This document shows, in pieces, positions 26,707-36,386 of a DNA stretch of 64,000 bases. Source of the DNA: a virus (lineage: Duplodnaviria > Caudoviricetes); IMG/VR virus record IMGVR_UViG_2855933439_000001, positions 6,098 through 70,097 of that record. The stretch is one strand, 5' to 3'. Under the pieces are notes generated by a model. It was given only the letters and a program-made list of their open reading frames with translations. It had not been told where the DNA came from and searched no databases. The translations under genes and the position numbers were made by a program. Each line of letters opens with the position of its first letter. Positions within the stretch are counted from its first letter, which is position 1.

Positions 26707-27476
26707 GCCTCGCGCTGACGGCCCTGCGGCTCCAGGCGGTGGAGACGCTGCTCGCCGATCCGGGGATCGCGCAACTGTGCGGCCCCCTGGTCTACGACGA
26801 GCGCATCGCCGACTTCGACCACCGCGAGCCCGTGCCGGTGATCGTGGTCACGACCGAGTCGATCGTGGCGAAGGCCTACTCCGCCAACAACGGCGGCTCG
26901 CCCTTCGACCTGCGCTGCGAGCTGGTGCTCGAGATCGCGATGACGGCGGTGGCCGACGTCGAGGGCGTGCCCATGCTCCACCGCGTCGGCAGCGACCGCG
27001 ACCTGGCCGCCTTCCTCGACTTCCTGAGCGAGCGCGCCGTCGTGGCCCTTTGCGAGGGGGAGACGTCCCAGGCCGCGCTCCTGCGGCGCGCGGTGACGCG
27101 GCGCGTCCCCGAGTACAAGAGCGATCCGTTCAGGACCGACCAGACCGGCGAGAAGTTCGCGGTCCGCTACCTGCGGTTCGCGGTCGAGCTCAAGGGCGAC
27201 GACGGCGAGGACGCGCTCGATCCCCCGACCGGCCCCTACGCGAGCCTGCCCGATCCGCTGCGCACGGTCTGCGAGGCGGCCCCCTCGGGATCGAGCGCGC
27301 AGGCCACCTGCCAGCTCCTGGCCGGCATCCTGCCCGCCCCGGCCCCGCCTCCGGTGCTGCCCTTCACGGGCGCCGATCTCACCTTCGCGCCGCACGCGCT
27401 CGCCCCGGACGCGGCCCCGAGCGAGGCCGACGACCGCGCGGCCGCGATCACCTTCGGCGTGCGCGCCAACCCCTGA
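26703..27476 (+). CDS. Putative tail terminator/completion protein
   Basis: Position between head-tail adaptor and sheath. Confidence 0.55.
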   Translation: MSLALTALRLQAVETLLADPGIAQLCGPLVYDERIADFDHREPVPVIVVTTESIVAKAYSANNGGSPFDLRCELVLEIAMTAVADVEGVPMLHRVGSDRDLAAFLDFLSERAVVALCEGETSQAALLRRAVTRRVPEYKSDPFRTDQTGEKFAVRYLRFAVELKGDDGEDALDPPTGPYASLPDPLRTVCEAAPSGSSAQATCQLLAGILPAPAPPPVLPFTGADLTFAPHALAPDAAPSEADDRAAAITFGVRANP

Positions 27477-27489
27477 GCCGAGGCCACCG

Positions 27490-27702
27490 ATGGACACTCA
27501 CGTCACCCCGGCCCTGCCGACCGCGCAGATCCCCGACCCCTCGCGCGGCCGGATGCTCCCGCCCGAGGGCGCGCCGGTCGCCTGGAACGCCTACTGGGCC
27601 GGCATGGCGCGCCGCGGCGAGGTCACCGTGCGCCCGCTCGACCTGCCGGCGCCCGAGGCGGCCTCGGCGGCCGACCCCGACGCGGCCGCCCCGGCGGCCT
27701 GA
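27490..27702 (+). CDS. DUF2635 (Mu gp38-like) protein
   Basis: IPDPSRGRMLPPEG..VAWNAYWAGMARRGEV. Confidence 0.8.
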   Translation: MDTHVTPALPTAQIPDPSRGRMLPPEGAPVAWNAYWAGMARRGEVTVRPLDLPAPEAASAADPDAAAPAA

Positions 27703-27777
27703 CCCTTCACACACCCCCTGTCCCGCCACCCACGGCCGCCCGCACGGCGGCCGGCTTTCCGTTCGGAGTGATCGCCC

Positions 27778-29334
27778 GTGGCCGTATCGTTCAACCAGAT
27801 GCCCGGCGACGTCCGGCGCCCGCTGTTCTACGCCGAGTTCAACCCGGGTGTGCCGCCCTACTCGGGCCTCTCGCGCACCCTGGTGCTCGGCCGGCGCAAG
27901 AGCGGCGCGAACGGCGGCAGCCTCGTCGCCCTCAAGGCGCAGAACGTCGGCTCGACGGACCCGAACGCGCTCGGCGGCCGCGGGTCCATGCTCGCCGACA
28001 TGATCGCCTACGCGCGGTATCACAACCCGCTCGGCGAGATCTGGGCGATGGACGTCGGCGACCCGTCGGGCGGCTCGAATGCGGCCGGCGCGATCGCGAT
28101 CACCGGCACCGCCACGGCGGCCGGCACCCTCGTGCGCTACATCGGCGGCCAGCGGTACGGCGTCGGCGTCGCGGTCGGCGACACCGGCGCGACCGTCGCG
28201 GCCGCGCTCGTCGCGGCGGTGGGCCGGGGCTACGTGGTCTTCAACCGGCGCATGTCCGCGCCCGTCACGGCCGCGGTCGACGGCACGGTCACGAGCAAGG
28301 TCAACCTCACCGCCGTGCACACCGGCACCGAGGGCAACGGCATCCGGATCGAGGCCGGCCTCGACGGCGACGAGATCGACCCGGCGGGCCTCACCGCCGC
28401 GATCACGGCGATGACCGGCGGCGCCGGCGACGTCGACATGGCGGCGGCCCTCGCGGCGCTCGGCTCGGCGCAGTTCGACTGGGTCGCCTCGCCATACGCG
28501 CTGACGGGCCAGCTCAACGCCTCCCGCGATTTCTTCTCGGACGCGGGCTCGGGCCGCTGGTCGCCGACGGTCGGCCTCGGCGGCCACCACATCACGATCG
28601 CGACCGGCAACGTCTCGACCCTGACCACCCTCGGCGCGGCCCGCAACGATCGCCACGCGACCATCGTCGGCGTCCTGAACTATCCGACCCCGGTCTGGTC
28701 GATCGTCGCGGCGATCGCCGGCGTCGTCGGGCTGTCGAAGAACCTCGGCCGGCCGCTCACCGAGGCGATCGAGATCGCCCGGCCGCTGCAAACCCTCGTG
28801 CTCTCCGGGGTGCGCCCGCCGAAGGATCACGGCGACCGCTGGGGCGGGGCGGATTACGAGACGCTCTATCACAACGAGATCTCGGCCCTCGAGATCAACA
28901 ACGACGGGTCGGTGGCGATCGGTCGTCTGTTCACGACCTACCAGACCAACGCCTACGGGCAGCCCGACATCTCGTTTCTCACCCTCGAGACCATGGCGAT
29001 CTCGGCCTACGTCGGGCGCTACATCAAGCTCAAGGTCACGAGCACCTACCCGCGCCACGCGCTGCGCGACGACAACCCGCGCGGCTTGCAGGGCGTGGTC
29101 ACCCCGCCCCAGGCGCGCGCCACCATGGTGCACGCCTACACCGAGCTCTCGGAAATCGGCGGCATCGTCGAGAAGCCGGAGCTGTTCGCGCAGTTCCTGA
29201 TCGTCGAGCGCTCGAGCGACCCGCAGCGGCTCAACGCCTACCTGCCGATCGATGTCACCAACCAGCTCTCGGTCTTCGCCGCGAACATCACGGTCAACCA
29301 GGAGCTCACCGCCAGCAACGGCTCGCTCCTCTGA
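27778..29334 (+). CDS. Tail sheath protein, Mu gpL-like
   Basis: MAVSFNQMPGDVRRPLFYAEF, GRGSMLADM, TTYQTNAYG. Confidence 0.93.
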   Translation: MAVSFNQMPGDVRRPLFYAEFNPGVPPYSGLSRTLVLGRRKSGANGGSLVALKAQNVGSTDPNALGGRGSMLADMIAYARYHNPLGEIWAMDVGDPSGGSNAAGAIAITGTATAAGTLVRYIGGQRYGVGVAVGDTGATVAAALVAAVGRGYVVFNRRMSAPVTAAVDGTVTSKVNLTAVHTGTEGNGIRIEAGLDGDEIDPAGLTAAITAMTGGAGDVDMAAALAALGSAQFDWVASPYALTGQLNASRDFFSDAGSGRWSPTVGLGGHHITIATGNVSTLTTLGAARNDRHATIVGVLNYPTPVWSIVAAIAGVVGLSKNLGRPLTEAIEIARPLQTLVLSGVRPPKDHGDRWGGADYETLYHNEISALEINNDGSVAIGRLFTTYQTNAYGQPDISFLTLETMAISAYVGRYIKLKVTSTYPRHALRDDNPRGLQGVVTPPQARATMVHAYTELSEIGGIVEKPELFAQFLIVERSSDPQRLNAYLPIDVTNQLSVFAANITVNQELTASNGSLL

Positions 29335-29420
29335 CGCCCTCGCGGCTGGGCCTCGCGCCCGGCCGCCCTCGCACCCTCCGCACCCCTTCCCGCACCCCTT
29401 CCGCTTAGAGGCTCGACGTC

Positions 29421-29789
29421 ATGGATACCAAGGGCGGGCGCTTTACGCTCGACATCAACGGCCGCACCTATTCGGGCCGCGGCAAGGCCACGGTCGAGCC
29501 CGCCCGGGTCTCGCGCGAGAACGGCGTCAACCAGAACGGCACCGGCTACTCGACGGTCAAGCCGAAGCTCGCCAAGCTCGACCTCACCTTCGACCGCGGC
29601 GTCGGCCTCCGGTGGGACGACGCCATGGTGCTGGCCGAGGTCGACGTGACCTTCGTCGAGACCGACCTCAAGACGCCGGTCACGCACCTCTACACCGCCG
29701 CCTCCTGGTCGGGCACGCCCTCGATCGACACCGAGACCGGCGAGGTCTCCGGCCTGTCGATCGAAACCGACAAGTACCAGCAGATCTGA
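29421..29789 (+). CDS. Tail tube protein, Mu gpM-like
   Basis: 122 aa directly after the sheath; C-terminal DTETGEVSGL. Confidence 0.85.
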   Translation: MDTKGGRFTLDINGRTYSGRGKATVEPARVSRENGVNQNGTGYSTVKPKLAKLDLTFDRGVGLRWDDAMVLAEVDVTFVETDLKTPVTHLYTAASWSGTPSIDTETGEVSGLSIETDKYQQI

Positions 29790-29847
29790 CGCCGCGACGG
29801 GCCCCGCGCGGGCCCGTCCCCGGCGCGCCGCCAGGAGAACCCGACCC

Positions 29848-30195
29848 GTGGCCCACGAAGTCAAGATCCCGCTCAAGACGCCGATTATCACCCACGGCGG
29901 CGAGGTGCGCGAGATCGTGCTCAAGGCGCCGAGCTTCGACGCCTACATGGAGCACGGCGAGCCCTACACGGTGGCCGAGACCCCCGACGGCGCGCGCTAC
30001 GCGGTCGAGAGCATGGAGGTCATTCGGGCCTACGTGGCCGACTGCCTGGTCTCTCCGGCCGACGTCAACCTGCTCTCGCAGTGCGACGCCCGCACCGGCC
30101 GGGAGGTGCGAAAGGTAATCCTGGGTTTTTTCCAGCCCGACGGCGAGGTGACCGAACCGTCGCCGACCTCGCCGACGACCTCGCCTTCGAGCTGA
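29848..30195 (+). CDS. Tail assembly chaperone
   Basis: IPLKTPIITHGGEVREIVLKAP; between tube and tape measure. Confidence 0.8.
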   Translation: MAHEVKIPLKTPIITHGGEVREIVLKAPSFDAYMEHGEPYTVAETPDGARYAVESMEVIRAYVADCLVSPADVNLLSQCDARTGREVRKVILGFFQPDGEVTEPSPTSPTTSPSS

Positions 30196-30314
30196 GCCAG
30201 GACGTCGCCGCGATCGGGCGGATGAGCCTGCCGCAGGTGATCTACTGGTACGGCCGGGCGCTCGCCCGGGCCGAGAAACGCCGCCGTGAGCGGGAGACGC
30301 GGGGGCAACGCTGA
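30123..30314 (+). CDS. -1 frameshift extension of the tail chaperone
   Basis: Slippery G GGT TTT TTC at 30123-30132; the -1 frame encodes ADLADDLAFELSQDVAAIGRMSLPQVIYWYGRAL and ends at the tape-measure start. Confidence 0.7.
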   Translation, partial: GFFPARRRGDRTVADLADDLAFELSQDVAAIGRMSLPQVIYWYGRALARAEKRRRERETRGQR

Positions 30315-32956
30315 TGGGCCGGATCATCGAAGCCAAGGCCGTCATCTCGGCCGAGGACCGCACCGGCGCCGTCTTCGACAAGATCGGGAAGAAGCTTCAG
30401 GGCCTCGGCAAGGGCGCGAAGGCTTCGGCCGAGATCGAGCGCCTCTCGGGCCGCCTCGGCGGCTTGCAGCGCCAGATGCAGGCCTTCGACAAGGTTCGCG
30501 GCGTCGAGAGCTCGCTCGCGAGCTCCCGCATGGCGATGCGCCAGGCTCAAGGGGAGGCGAAGCGCCTCGCGAGTGCCCTCGACAGCGCCCGGGCCTCGGC
30601 CAAGACCCTCAAGACCCCGGAGGCGACCGCCTCGGTCAAGCAGCTCGAGCGCCAACTGCGCGGCGCCGAGACCGCCGCCCGCGCGACCGAGGCCGCGTTC
30701 GCGCGCCAGGCAGCGAGCTTCAAGTCGGCGCGCCAGGAGATGAATTCCTTCGGCGTGCCCGTGACCTCGGCGGTCGGGCATCAGAAGGCCTTGCGCTCGG
30801 CGATCGAGTCGACCTCGGCCGCCCTCGACAAGCAGATGCGCATGGATCGCCTCGCCACCCGCGGCGCGGCCGACGCCAAGCGTACGCGCCTCGCGCGGCG
30901 CGACGAGGAGGTCGCCCGCCGGGCCGAGATCCTCGAGCGCCGCCAGGGCCGGCGCGACGCGATCAAGGGCGCGGCCGGCATGGCGGGCCTCGCCGCCGTG
31001 CACAAGGCCGAGCACTTCGGCGCCCACGCGCTGCACACCTACCAGGAGTTCGACAGCGAGCGCCGCTTCGGCCAGATCGTGATGGGCCTGTCGGACGCCG
31101 AGCAGAAGCCGCTCGTCGACCAGGCGATCCACATGGGCGGGAGCACGCGCTACAACGACGTGCAGGTGCTCGAGGCGCAGCGCGAGCTCGCCGCCCGCGG
31201 CTTGAAGCGCGACCAAGTCATGGGCCTGATGAGCCCGGCCGCCGACCTCGGCATGGCGACCGATCTGCGCCTGCCCGACGCCGTTAAGCAAATGGAGGGC
31301 GCGCTGTTCGGCTTCAAGAAGCCGATGGCGACGCTTCAGGAGGCGATGGAGTCGGCTCGCCAGACCGCCGACGCCCAGGTCAAGGCCGCCAAGATCTCGG
31401 GCATGACGCCCGATGACATCAGCCAGGCCTATAAGTACGGCGCGACCCCGGCCCGGATGGCGGGGCTGTCCGAGCAGACCTTGCTCGGCTTTGCCGGCAT
31501 CTCGAAAAAGGCGAACATGGGCGGCCAGGAGTCCGGCACCGCCTTCCGGGCACTCGTCGCCAACGCGCTCAAGCCGACCCGCGGCGCCAAAGAGGCGATG
31601 CTGGCGAACGGGCTCGATTACAAGAATTACCAGAAAAACCCGGACAAGATCGACCTCGACGCCTTCGTCAAGACTGTCGCGGCGCAGTACGGGGTCAAGC
31701 TCGACAAGGACACGCGCGGCGGTCTCGGCAAGATCTTTTCCGACAAGGGGATGATCGGCGACCCGTCGAAGTTCACGCCGGCCGTGATGAAACTCCTCTC
31801 CGATAACCTCGGCGGGGATGACGCCAAGTCGAAAAAGTCGATCGCCGGCCTCGCCAACCGCTTCCGTGACGCGTCCATGTGGGGCGTCGACACCGATCGC
31901 CTGGTGCAAGACCTGATGAAGGCGATCCCGGGCAACCCGGCGCTCGCCAACGCGATTTTCGGGTCGAAGCAGGGCGCCCGCATCGCCAACGCGCTCGGCG
32001 ATCCCGAGACGTTCAAGCACCTGATCGAGGAGCTCCTCAGCCACTCGCAGGGCTACGCGAAGACCGTCGCTGACGCCCGCATGGCCGGCTTCGACGGCGC
32101 GGTGAAGCGCTTGCAGGGCGCGACCACCAACGCCGAGACCAAGCTCGGTCGGGCGTGGGATGACGACGGCAAGGGCGGGATCCTGACGAGCCTCACCGAC
32201 AAGGCCGGCCACCTGGTGCAGAGCTTCGCCGAGCTCAGCAACGGGGCGGCTCAGCTCACCTCGGGCGTGCTCGGCGCGGCGTCGGTGTTCCTCGGGATCA
32301 AGAGCGCGGGCCTCACGGCCTCGGCGCTCGGCTTCGGCGGCCCGGCGGCGGCCGCCGCGGCGGGCCTGAGCACCGCGGGCGCCGGCGTCGCGATCGGCGC
32401 CGGCGTCGCGGCCTACAGCACGGCCGAGCAACTGCCCAAGGCGGTCGCCGAGCGCCGCGTCGACCCGGCGACAGGTGGCGCGCTCGACGAAAACCCCATG
32501 GCCGACCTCGGCCCCTGGATCAAGGAAACCTGGCGCTCCCTGTTCGGAGGCGGCCAGACCCTCCCGGTCGAGGTGAAATCCTGGGGCGACGCCAAGGGCA
32601 ACCTCGGCGAGCGCGGTGCGCTCGGCGCGGCGTCCGGCGCGGGCGCGGATCTCTCGGGCCAGTCGACGATCCTCGGCAACACGCTCGAAAAGGCGCTCGG
32701 GTCATTCGAGGCCAAGATGGGCAAGCCGCTCGAGGCGAACGTCAAGCCCGATCAGATCCAGGCCAACGTCAAGCCCGACCAGGTCACGGCGAAGATCGAG
32801 GGCCAAGCCCAGGTCAACGTGACCGTCAAGATCGACGGGCCCGGCGCCGTCTCGGGCCTCTCGGCGACCTCGTCGGGCAACATCCGCGCCAATGCCGGCT
32901 TCCGGTCCGGCGCGATGTCCATGCCGCAGGCGGCAGGCAACCCGGGTGGGATTTAG
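30314..32956 (+). CDS. Tape measure protein
   Basis: 880 aa, helical Ala-rich; STRYNDVQVLEAQRELAARG, ESGTAFRAL. Confidence 0.92.
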   Translation: MGRIIEAKAVISAEDRTGAVFDKIGKKLQGLGKGAKASAEIERLSGRLGGLQRQMQAFDKVRGVESSLASSRMAMRQAQGEAKRLASALDSARASAKTLKTPEATASVKQLERQLRGAETAARATEAAFARQAASFKSARQEMNSFGVPVTSAVGHQKALRSAIESTSAALDKQMRMDRLATRGAADAKRTRLARRDEEVARRAEILERRQGRRDAIKGAAGMAGLAAVHKAEHFGAHALHTYQEFDSERRFGQIVMGLSDAEQKPLVDQAIHMGGSTRYNDVQVLEAQRELAARGLKRDQVMGLMSPAADLGMATDLRLPDAVKQMEGALFGFKKPMATLQEAMESARQTADAQVKAAKISGMTPDDISQAYKYGATPARMAGLSEQTLLGFAGISKKANMGGQESGTAFRALVANALKPTRGAKEAMLANGLDYKNYQKNPDKIDLDAFVKTVAAQYGVKLDKDTRGGLGKIFSDKGMIGDPSKFTPAVMKLLSDNLGGDDAKSKKSIAGLANRFRDASMWGVDTDRLVQDLMKAIPGNPALANAIFGSKQGARIANALGDPETFKHLIEELLSHSQGYAKTVADARMAGFDGAVKRLQGATTNAETKLGRAWDDDGKGGILTSLTDKAGHLVQSFAELSNGAAQLTSGVLGAASVFLGIKSAGLTASALGFGGPAAAAAAGLSTAGAGVAIGAGVAAYSTAEQLPKAVAERRVDPATGGALDENPMADLGPWIKETWRSLFGGGQTLPVEVKSWGDAKGNLGERGALGAASGAGADLSGQSTILGNTLEKALGSFEAKMGKPLEANVKPDQIQANVKPDQVTAKIEGQAQVNVTVKIDGPGAVSGLSATSSGNIRANAGFRSGAMSMPQAAGNPGGI

Positions 32957-32959
32957 ACC

Positions 32960-33436
32960 ATGCGTGATTGGCGCCTGAGCCTGCGCCCCGCGAGTTTCCG
33001 CGGGGCGCGCTTTCTCGTCGAGAAAGACCAGGCCGGCAAGGTCGGCCGGCGGGTCGTGCGGCACGAGTACGTCAAGGCCGAGGAGCACGGCACCGAGGAC
33101 ATGGGGCGGCTCGTCCGGGAGTACCGGATCACGGCCTATCTCGCCTCGGATGCCGCCGACGCCGAGATGGCGGCCCTGATCGCGGCCTGCGGCCGGGCCG
33201 GGGTCGGAACGCTCGTGCTGCCGCTGCTGGGCGCCGACCAGGTCCGCTGCGAGGGCTGCGAGCTCGCCACGCAAAAGGACAAGCTCGGTTACATCGCGGT
33301 CGATCTCGAATTCGTCGAGGCGGGCCAGGACGGGGGCGGCTTCCCGGCCATCCCGCTCGGCGACCGCCTGGCGCAAGGGGCCCTCGACGGGCTCAGCCAG
33401 GTCGTCTCGAGCGTGCTCGGCGTCTTCCCGTTCTGA
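32960..33436 (+). CDS. DNA circularization protein N-terminal domain (Mu gp43-like)
   Basis: LRPASFRGARFLV, GRRVVRHEY, EDMGR, FVEAG. Confidence 0.88.
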   Translation: MRDWRLSLRPASFRGARFLVEKDQAGKVGRRVVRHEYVKAEEHGTEDMGRLVREYRITAYLASDAADAEMAALIAACGRAGVGTLVLPLLGADQVRCEGCELATQKDKLGYIAVDLEFVEAGQDGGGFPAIPLGDRLAQGALDGLSQVVSSVLGVFPF

Positions 33437-33449
33437 CGGAGTCCTCCCC

Positions 33450-34196
33450 ATGCCCATCGCCCCCTCGGGCGCGCTCGCGGGCGCGGCGGTCTCGGCCGGC
33501 GCGCTGGCGCAGATCGTGCTCGACCTCGCCGCCGGCCTGACCGTGGCGCCCGCGATCGCGGTCGACGTGACCCGGGCCTGCCGGCGGGTCCTCAAGGTCG
33601 ACGCCCCGCGGGTCACCAGCCGGGCCGACGTCGCGGCGATCGCCGCCGCCCTCGTCGAGGCCGTGCAGGCGCTCGCCCGCGCCGCCGCGCCCAGCGATGC
33701 GAGCGCCGGCCTCTACGCGGCCGCGGCCCGCGCGCGGGTCGCCGTGCCGGTCTCGGCCTCGCCGGTGCTCACCCGCGCCTACCGCTACGCCGGGGCGCTC
33801 TCGCTCTCGGTCGCGGTCGCCTGCCTCGGCGAGGCCTTCCTGGCCGAGTGCCGCTCGGACTTCGCCGACCGGCGCGCGGCCACGGCGGCGCGGACCCGGA
33901 TCACGACGGCCTGCGACGGCATCTTCGACCCCGTCGCCGACCTCCTCGGCCAGGAGGTCGCCGAGATCCTCGGCGCGGCGGCCCGCCAGGCCTCGGCCCA
34001 CCTCGTGACGCAGGCGGTCAGCCTCGCGCCCGTGGTGCGGGTCGCGACCGGGCGGTCGTTCCCGTCGACGGCGCTCGCGTGGAGCCTCTACGGCGACCCG
34101 AGCCGCGCCGACGAGCTCGTCAGCCGCAACCGCATCGGCACGCCGCTGTTCTGCCCGGCGACGATCGAGGCGGTCTCGCCCGGGGGCGCCGCATGA
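33450..34196 (+). CDS. Probable C-terminal part of the DNA circularization protein, as a separate ORF
   Basis: Ends PSTALAWSLYGDPSRADELVSRNRIGTPLFCP, like the Mu gp43 C-terminus. Confidence 0.7.
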   Translation: MPIAPSGALAGAAVSAGALAQIVLDLAAGLTVAPAIAVDVTRACRRVLKVDAPRVTSRADVAAIAAALVEAVQALARAAAPSDASAGLYAAAARARVAVPVSASPVLTRAYRYAGALSLSVAVACLGEAFLAECRSDFADRRAATAARTRITTACDGIFDPVADLLGQEVAEILGAAARQASAHLVTQAVSLAPVVRVATGRSFPSTALAWSLYGDPSRADELVSRNRIGTPLFCPATIEAVSPGGAA

Positions 34197-34513
34197 GCCC
34201 GGCTCGCCCGCCCTGCCGCAAGTGCCAGGCGACCGCGCCCGGGCACTGCCACCGGGACGCCTGCCCGCGTGCGGCCGTCCTCGAGCCCGGGACGGCCCAC
34301 GTGCTGATCACCCCGGCGCTCCTCGCCGAGGTCCTCGCCGCTGGCCTGGCGCACCTGGTGCGCGCGATGCCGTTCGACGCGACCACCGCGGTCGCCGTGC
34401 TGGCGCATCCGGGCCTGCCGCCCGGCTACCACGGCGTGCGCGAGCCCGTCGTTCTGCGCGCGCCCGGCGGCCGGCCGGCGTGCCTGCGCCTCAAGCCCGA
34501 GCGGGACACCTGA
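34193..34513 (+). CDS. Small protein with Cys-rich N-terminus (106 aa)
   Basis: ATGA overlap; CRKC..HCHRDAC. Confidence 0.5.
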   Translation: MSPARPPCRKCQATAPGHCHRDACPRAAVLEPGTAHVLITPALLAEVLAAGLAHLVRAMPFDATTAVAVLAHPGLPPGYHGVREPVVLRAPGGRPACLRLKPERDT

Positions 34514-34514
34514 A

Positions 34515-34781
34515 ATGCCGAACGTCTCCTTCGCTGTCCCGCCGGCTCCGCCGGTCGCGCGGCGCGTCCATGTGCCGGTTCCCGGCCCGGAGGCCTGCGC
34601 GCGCTGCCGGCACTTCGAGACCGTCGACGGCCAGGGCGAGAGCTGGGGCGCCTGCCGCCGCCACGCGCCCGTCGTGGCCGCCCGCGGCGCCGGCGACCTG
34701 CGCGGCTGGCCCCTGGTCTACGCCGTCAACCGCTGCGGCGACTTCGACCGCGCCTACGACCCGCCCCTGACCGGAGCTTAG
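34515..34781 (+). CDS. Small Cys-rich phage protein
   Basis: CARCRHF..GACRRHAP..WPLVYAVNRCGDF. Confidence 0.65.
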   Translation: MPNVSFAVPPAPPVARRVHVPVPGPEACARCRHFETVDGQGESWGACRRHAPVVAARGAGDLRGWPLVYAVNRCGDFDRAYDPPLTGA

Positions 34782-35872
34782 TGCCCGTGCCCTTCGTCGA
34801 GGAGATCGTGACCCTGATCGTCGACGGGCACGGCCTGATCGGCTGGCAGGACGTGTCGGTCGATCGCTCCATGGAGTCGGCCGAGATCTCGTTCACGCTC
34901 GGGGCCACGAACCCGAGCTGGTCGGCCGAGGCCAAGGCCCTGCGCCACGGCCGCGAGGTCGAGATCCGCACCGCCCCCGCCGGGCGCGGCGGCGGCGAGC
35001 TCCTGGTCAAGGGCCACGTCACGGCCTACGGCGCGAAGTACGGCAAGAGCTCGAAAGCCGTCACGGTCGAGGGCAAGTCGAAGTCGGCCGACGCCGTCGA
35101 CTGTCACCCGGTCAAGCACAAAACCGGGCGCTTTGAAAACAAGACCCTGCTCGAGATCGCCAACGAGCTCGACGAGGTCCGGTGCGGCTACTCGACCGAT
35201 CAGAAGCTCGAGCCGATCCCGAAGGTGCAGCGGCGCCCGACCGACACGATCCACCAGACGATCGAGCGCGAGGCGCGCCGGCTCGGGCTGATGCTCTCGG
35301 GCCAGCCCGACGGCTCGGTCAAGATCACCCGCGCCGGCACCAAGCGCCACGCCGGCGCCCTGGTGCTCGGCCAATCGCCGATCGAGGATCTCGACGTCCG
35401 GATCAAGTGCGACGCCAAGCACTCGCCGATCGTCGGGCGCGGGCAGCGCGCCAAGGGCACCGGCAAGGAGTCCTTGCGGCTCGAGGAGCAGGAGACCGAC
35501 CCGAGCGTCGGGCGCAACCGGCCGCTGCTCATCATTCCCGAGGGCGACTGGACCAAGAAAGAGCTGAAGAAGCGCCTGCGCTGGGAGCGCCTGCGGCGGG
35601 CGGCCTACGGCACGACGATCACCGTCAAGGTCTCGACCTGGCGCGACGAGGCCGGCCAGCTCTGGACCCCCGGGCACCTTATGGCGATCCAGGTCGACCC
35701 CGAGGACGTCGACAGCGACTTCGCGCTCTCGACCGTCAATTTCCGCCAGGACCGCGAGGGCGGCACGCTCGCCTACCTGACCTTCGTCGACCCCAAGGCC
35801 CAGGGCGGCAAGAAAGGGTCGGGCACCTCCGACAGCGCCTTCGACGCCGGCTCGGGCGTCGACGAGGAGTGA
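34781..35872 (+). CDS. Baseplate hub protein (Mu gp44-like)
   Basis: GWQDVSVDRSMES, KSADAVDC, TWRDEAGQLWTPG. Confidence 0.88.
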   Translation: MPVPFVEEIVTLIVDGHGLIGWQDVSVDRSMESAEISFTLGATNPSWSAEAKALRHGREVEIRTAPAGRGGGELLVKGHVTAYGAKYGKSSKAVTVEGKSKSADAVDCHPVKHKTGRFENKTLLEIANELDEVRCGYSTDQKLEPIPKVQRRPTDTIHQTIEREARRLGLMLSGQPDGSVKITRAGTKRHAGALVLGQSPIEDLDVRIKCDAKHSPIVGRGQRAKGTGKESLRLEEQETDPSVGRNRPLLIIPEGDWTKKELKKRLRWERLRRAAYGTTITVKVSTWRDEAGQLWTPGHLMAIQVDPEDVDSDFALSTVNFRQDREGGTLAYLTFVDPKAQGGKKGSGTSDSAFDAGSGVDEE

Positions 35873-35875
35873 TGC

Positions 35876-36382
35876 ATGGGCCGCACGCAGCTTTTCCGCA
35901 CCGAGCTCTCGCAGACCTACGACGACGGCGAATTGCAGCTCGCCCGCGGGCTCGGCTACGCCGGCGAGGAGTTCGATCGGGTGCACGTCGTGCGCCAGCA
36001 CGGCCTCGCCTCGCACGCCCCGAAGGGCTCGCACGGGGTCGGGATCGCGGGCGCCGGCGAGCGCGGCCTCGTCGCCTTCCTCGGCCTCGAGCACCAGGAC
36101 AAGCGGCCCAAAAACCTCGCCGAGGGCAACACCACCCTCTACGACGCCAAGGGCAACGCGACCCGGATGCTCGGCGACGACGGGGTCTGGCACGACGCCG
36201 GCGACCGCGCTCAGAAGATGACGGGCAAGACCATCACGCTCACCGGCACCGACAGGCTCGTGCTCAAGGTCGGCTCGACGACGGTCACGATCACCCCGGG
36301 CCGCGTCGACCTCGGGGGCGAGGGCGGCTCGGCCGTGATGACGCAGGCCGGCCCCTCCTCGATCGTCTTCGCCAAGGTCTGA
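35876..36382 (+). CDS. Baseplate spike (Mu gp45-like)
   Basis: DDGELQL, QHGLASHAP, LAEGNTTLYD. Confidence 0.88.
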   Translation: MGRTQLFRTELSQTYDDGELQLARGLGYAGEEFDRVHVVRQHGLASHAPKGSHGVGIAGAGERGLVAFLGLEHQDKRPKNLAEGNTTLYDAKGNATRMLGDDGVWHDAGDRAQKMTGKTITLTGTDRLVLKVGSTTVTITPGRVDLGGEGGSAVMTQAGPSSIVFAKV

Positions 36383-36386
36383 CCCC

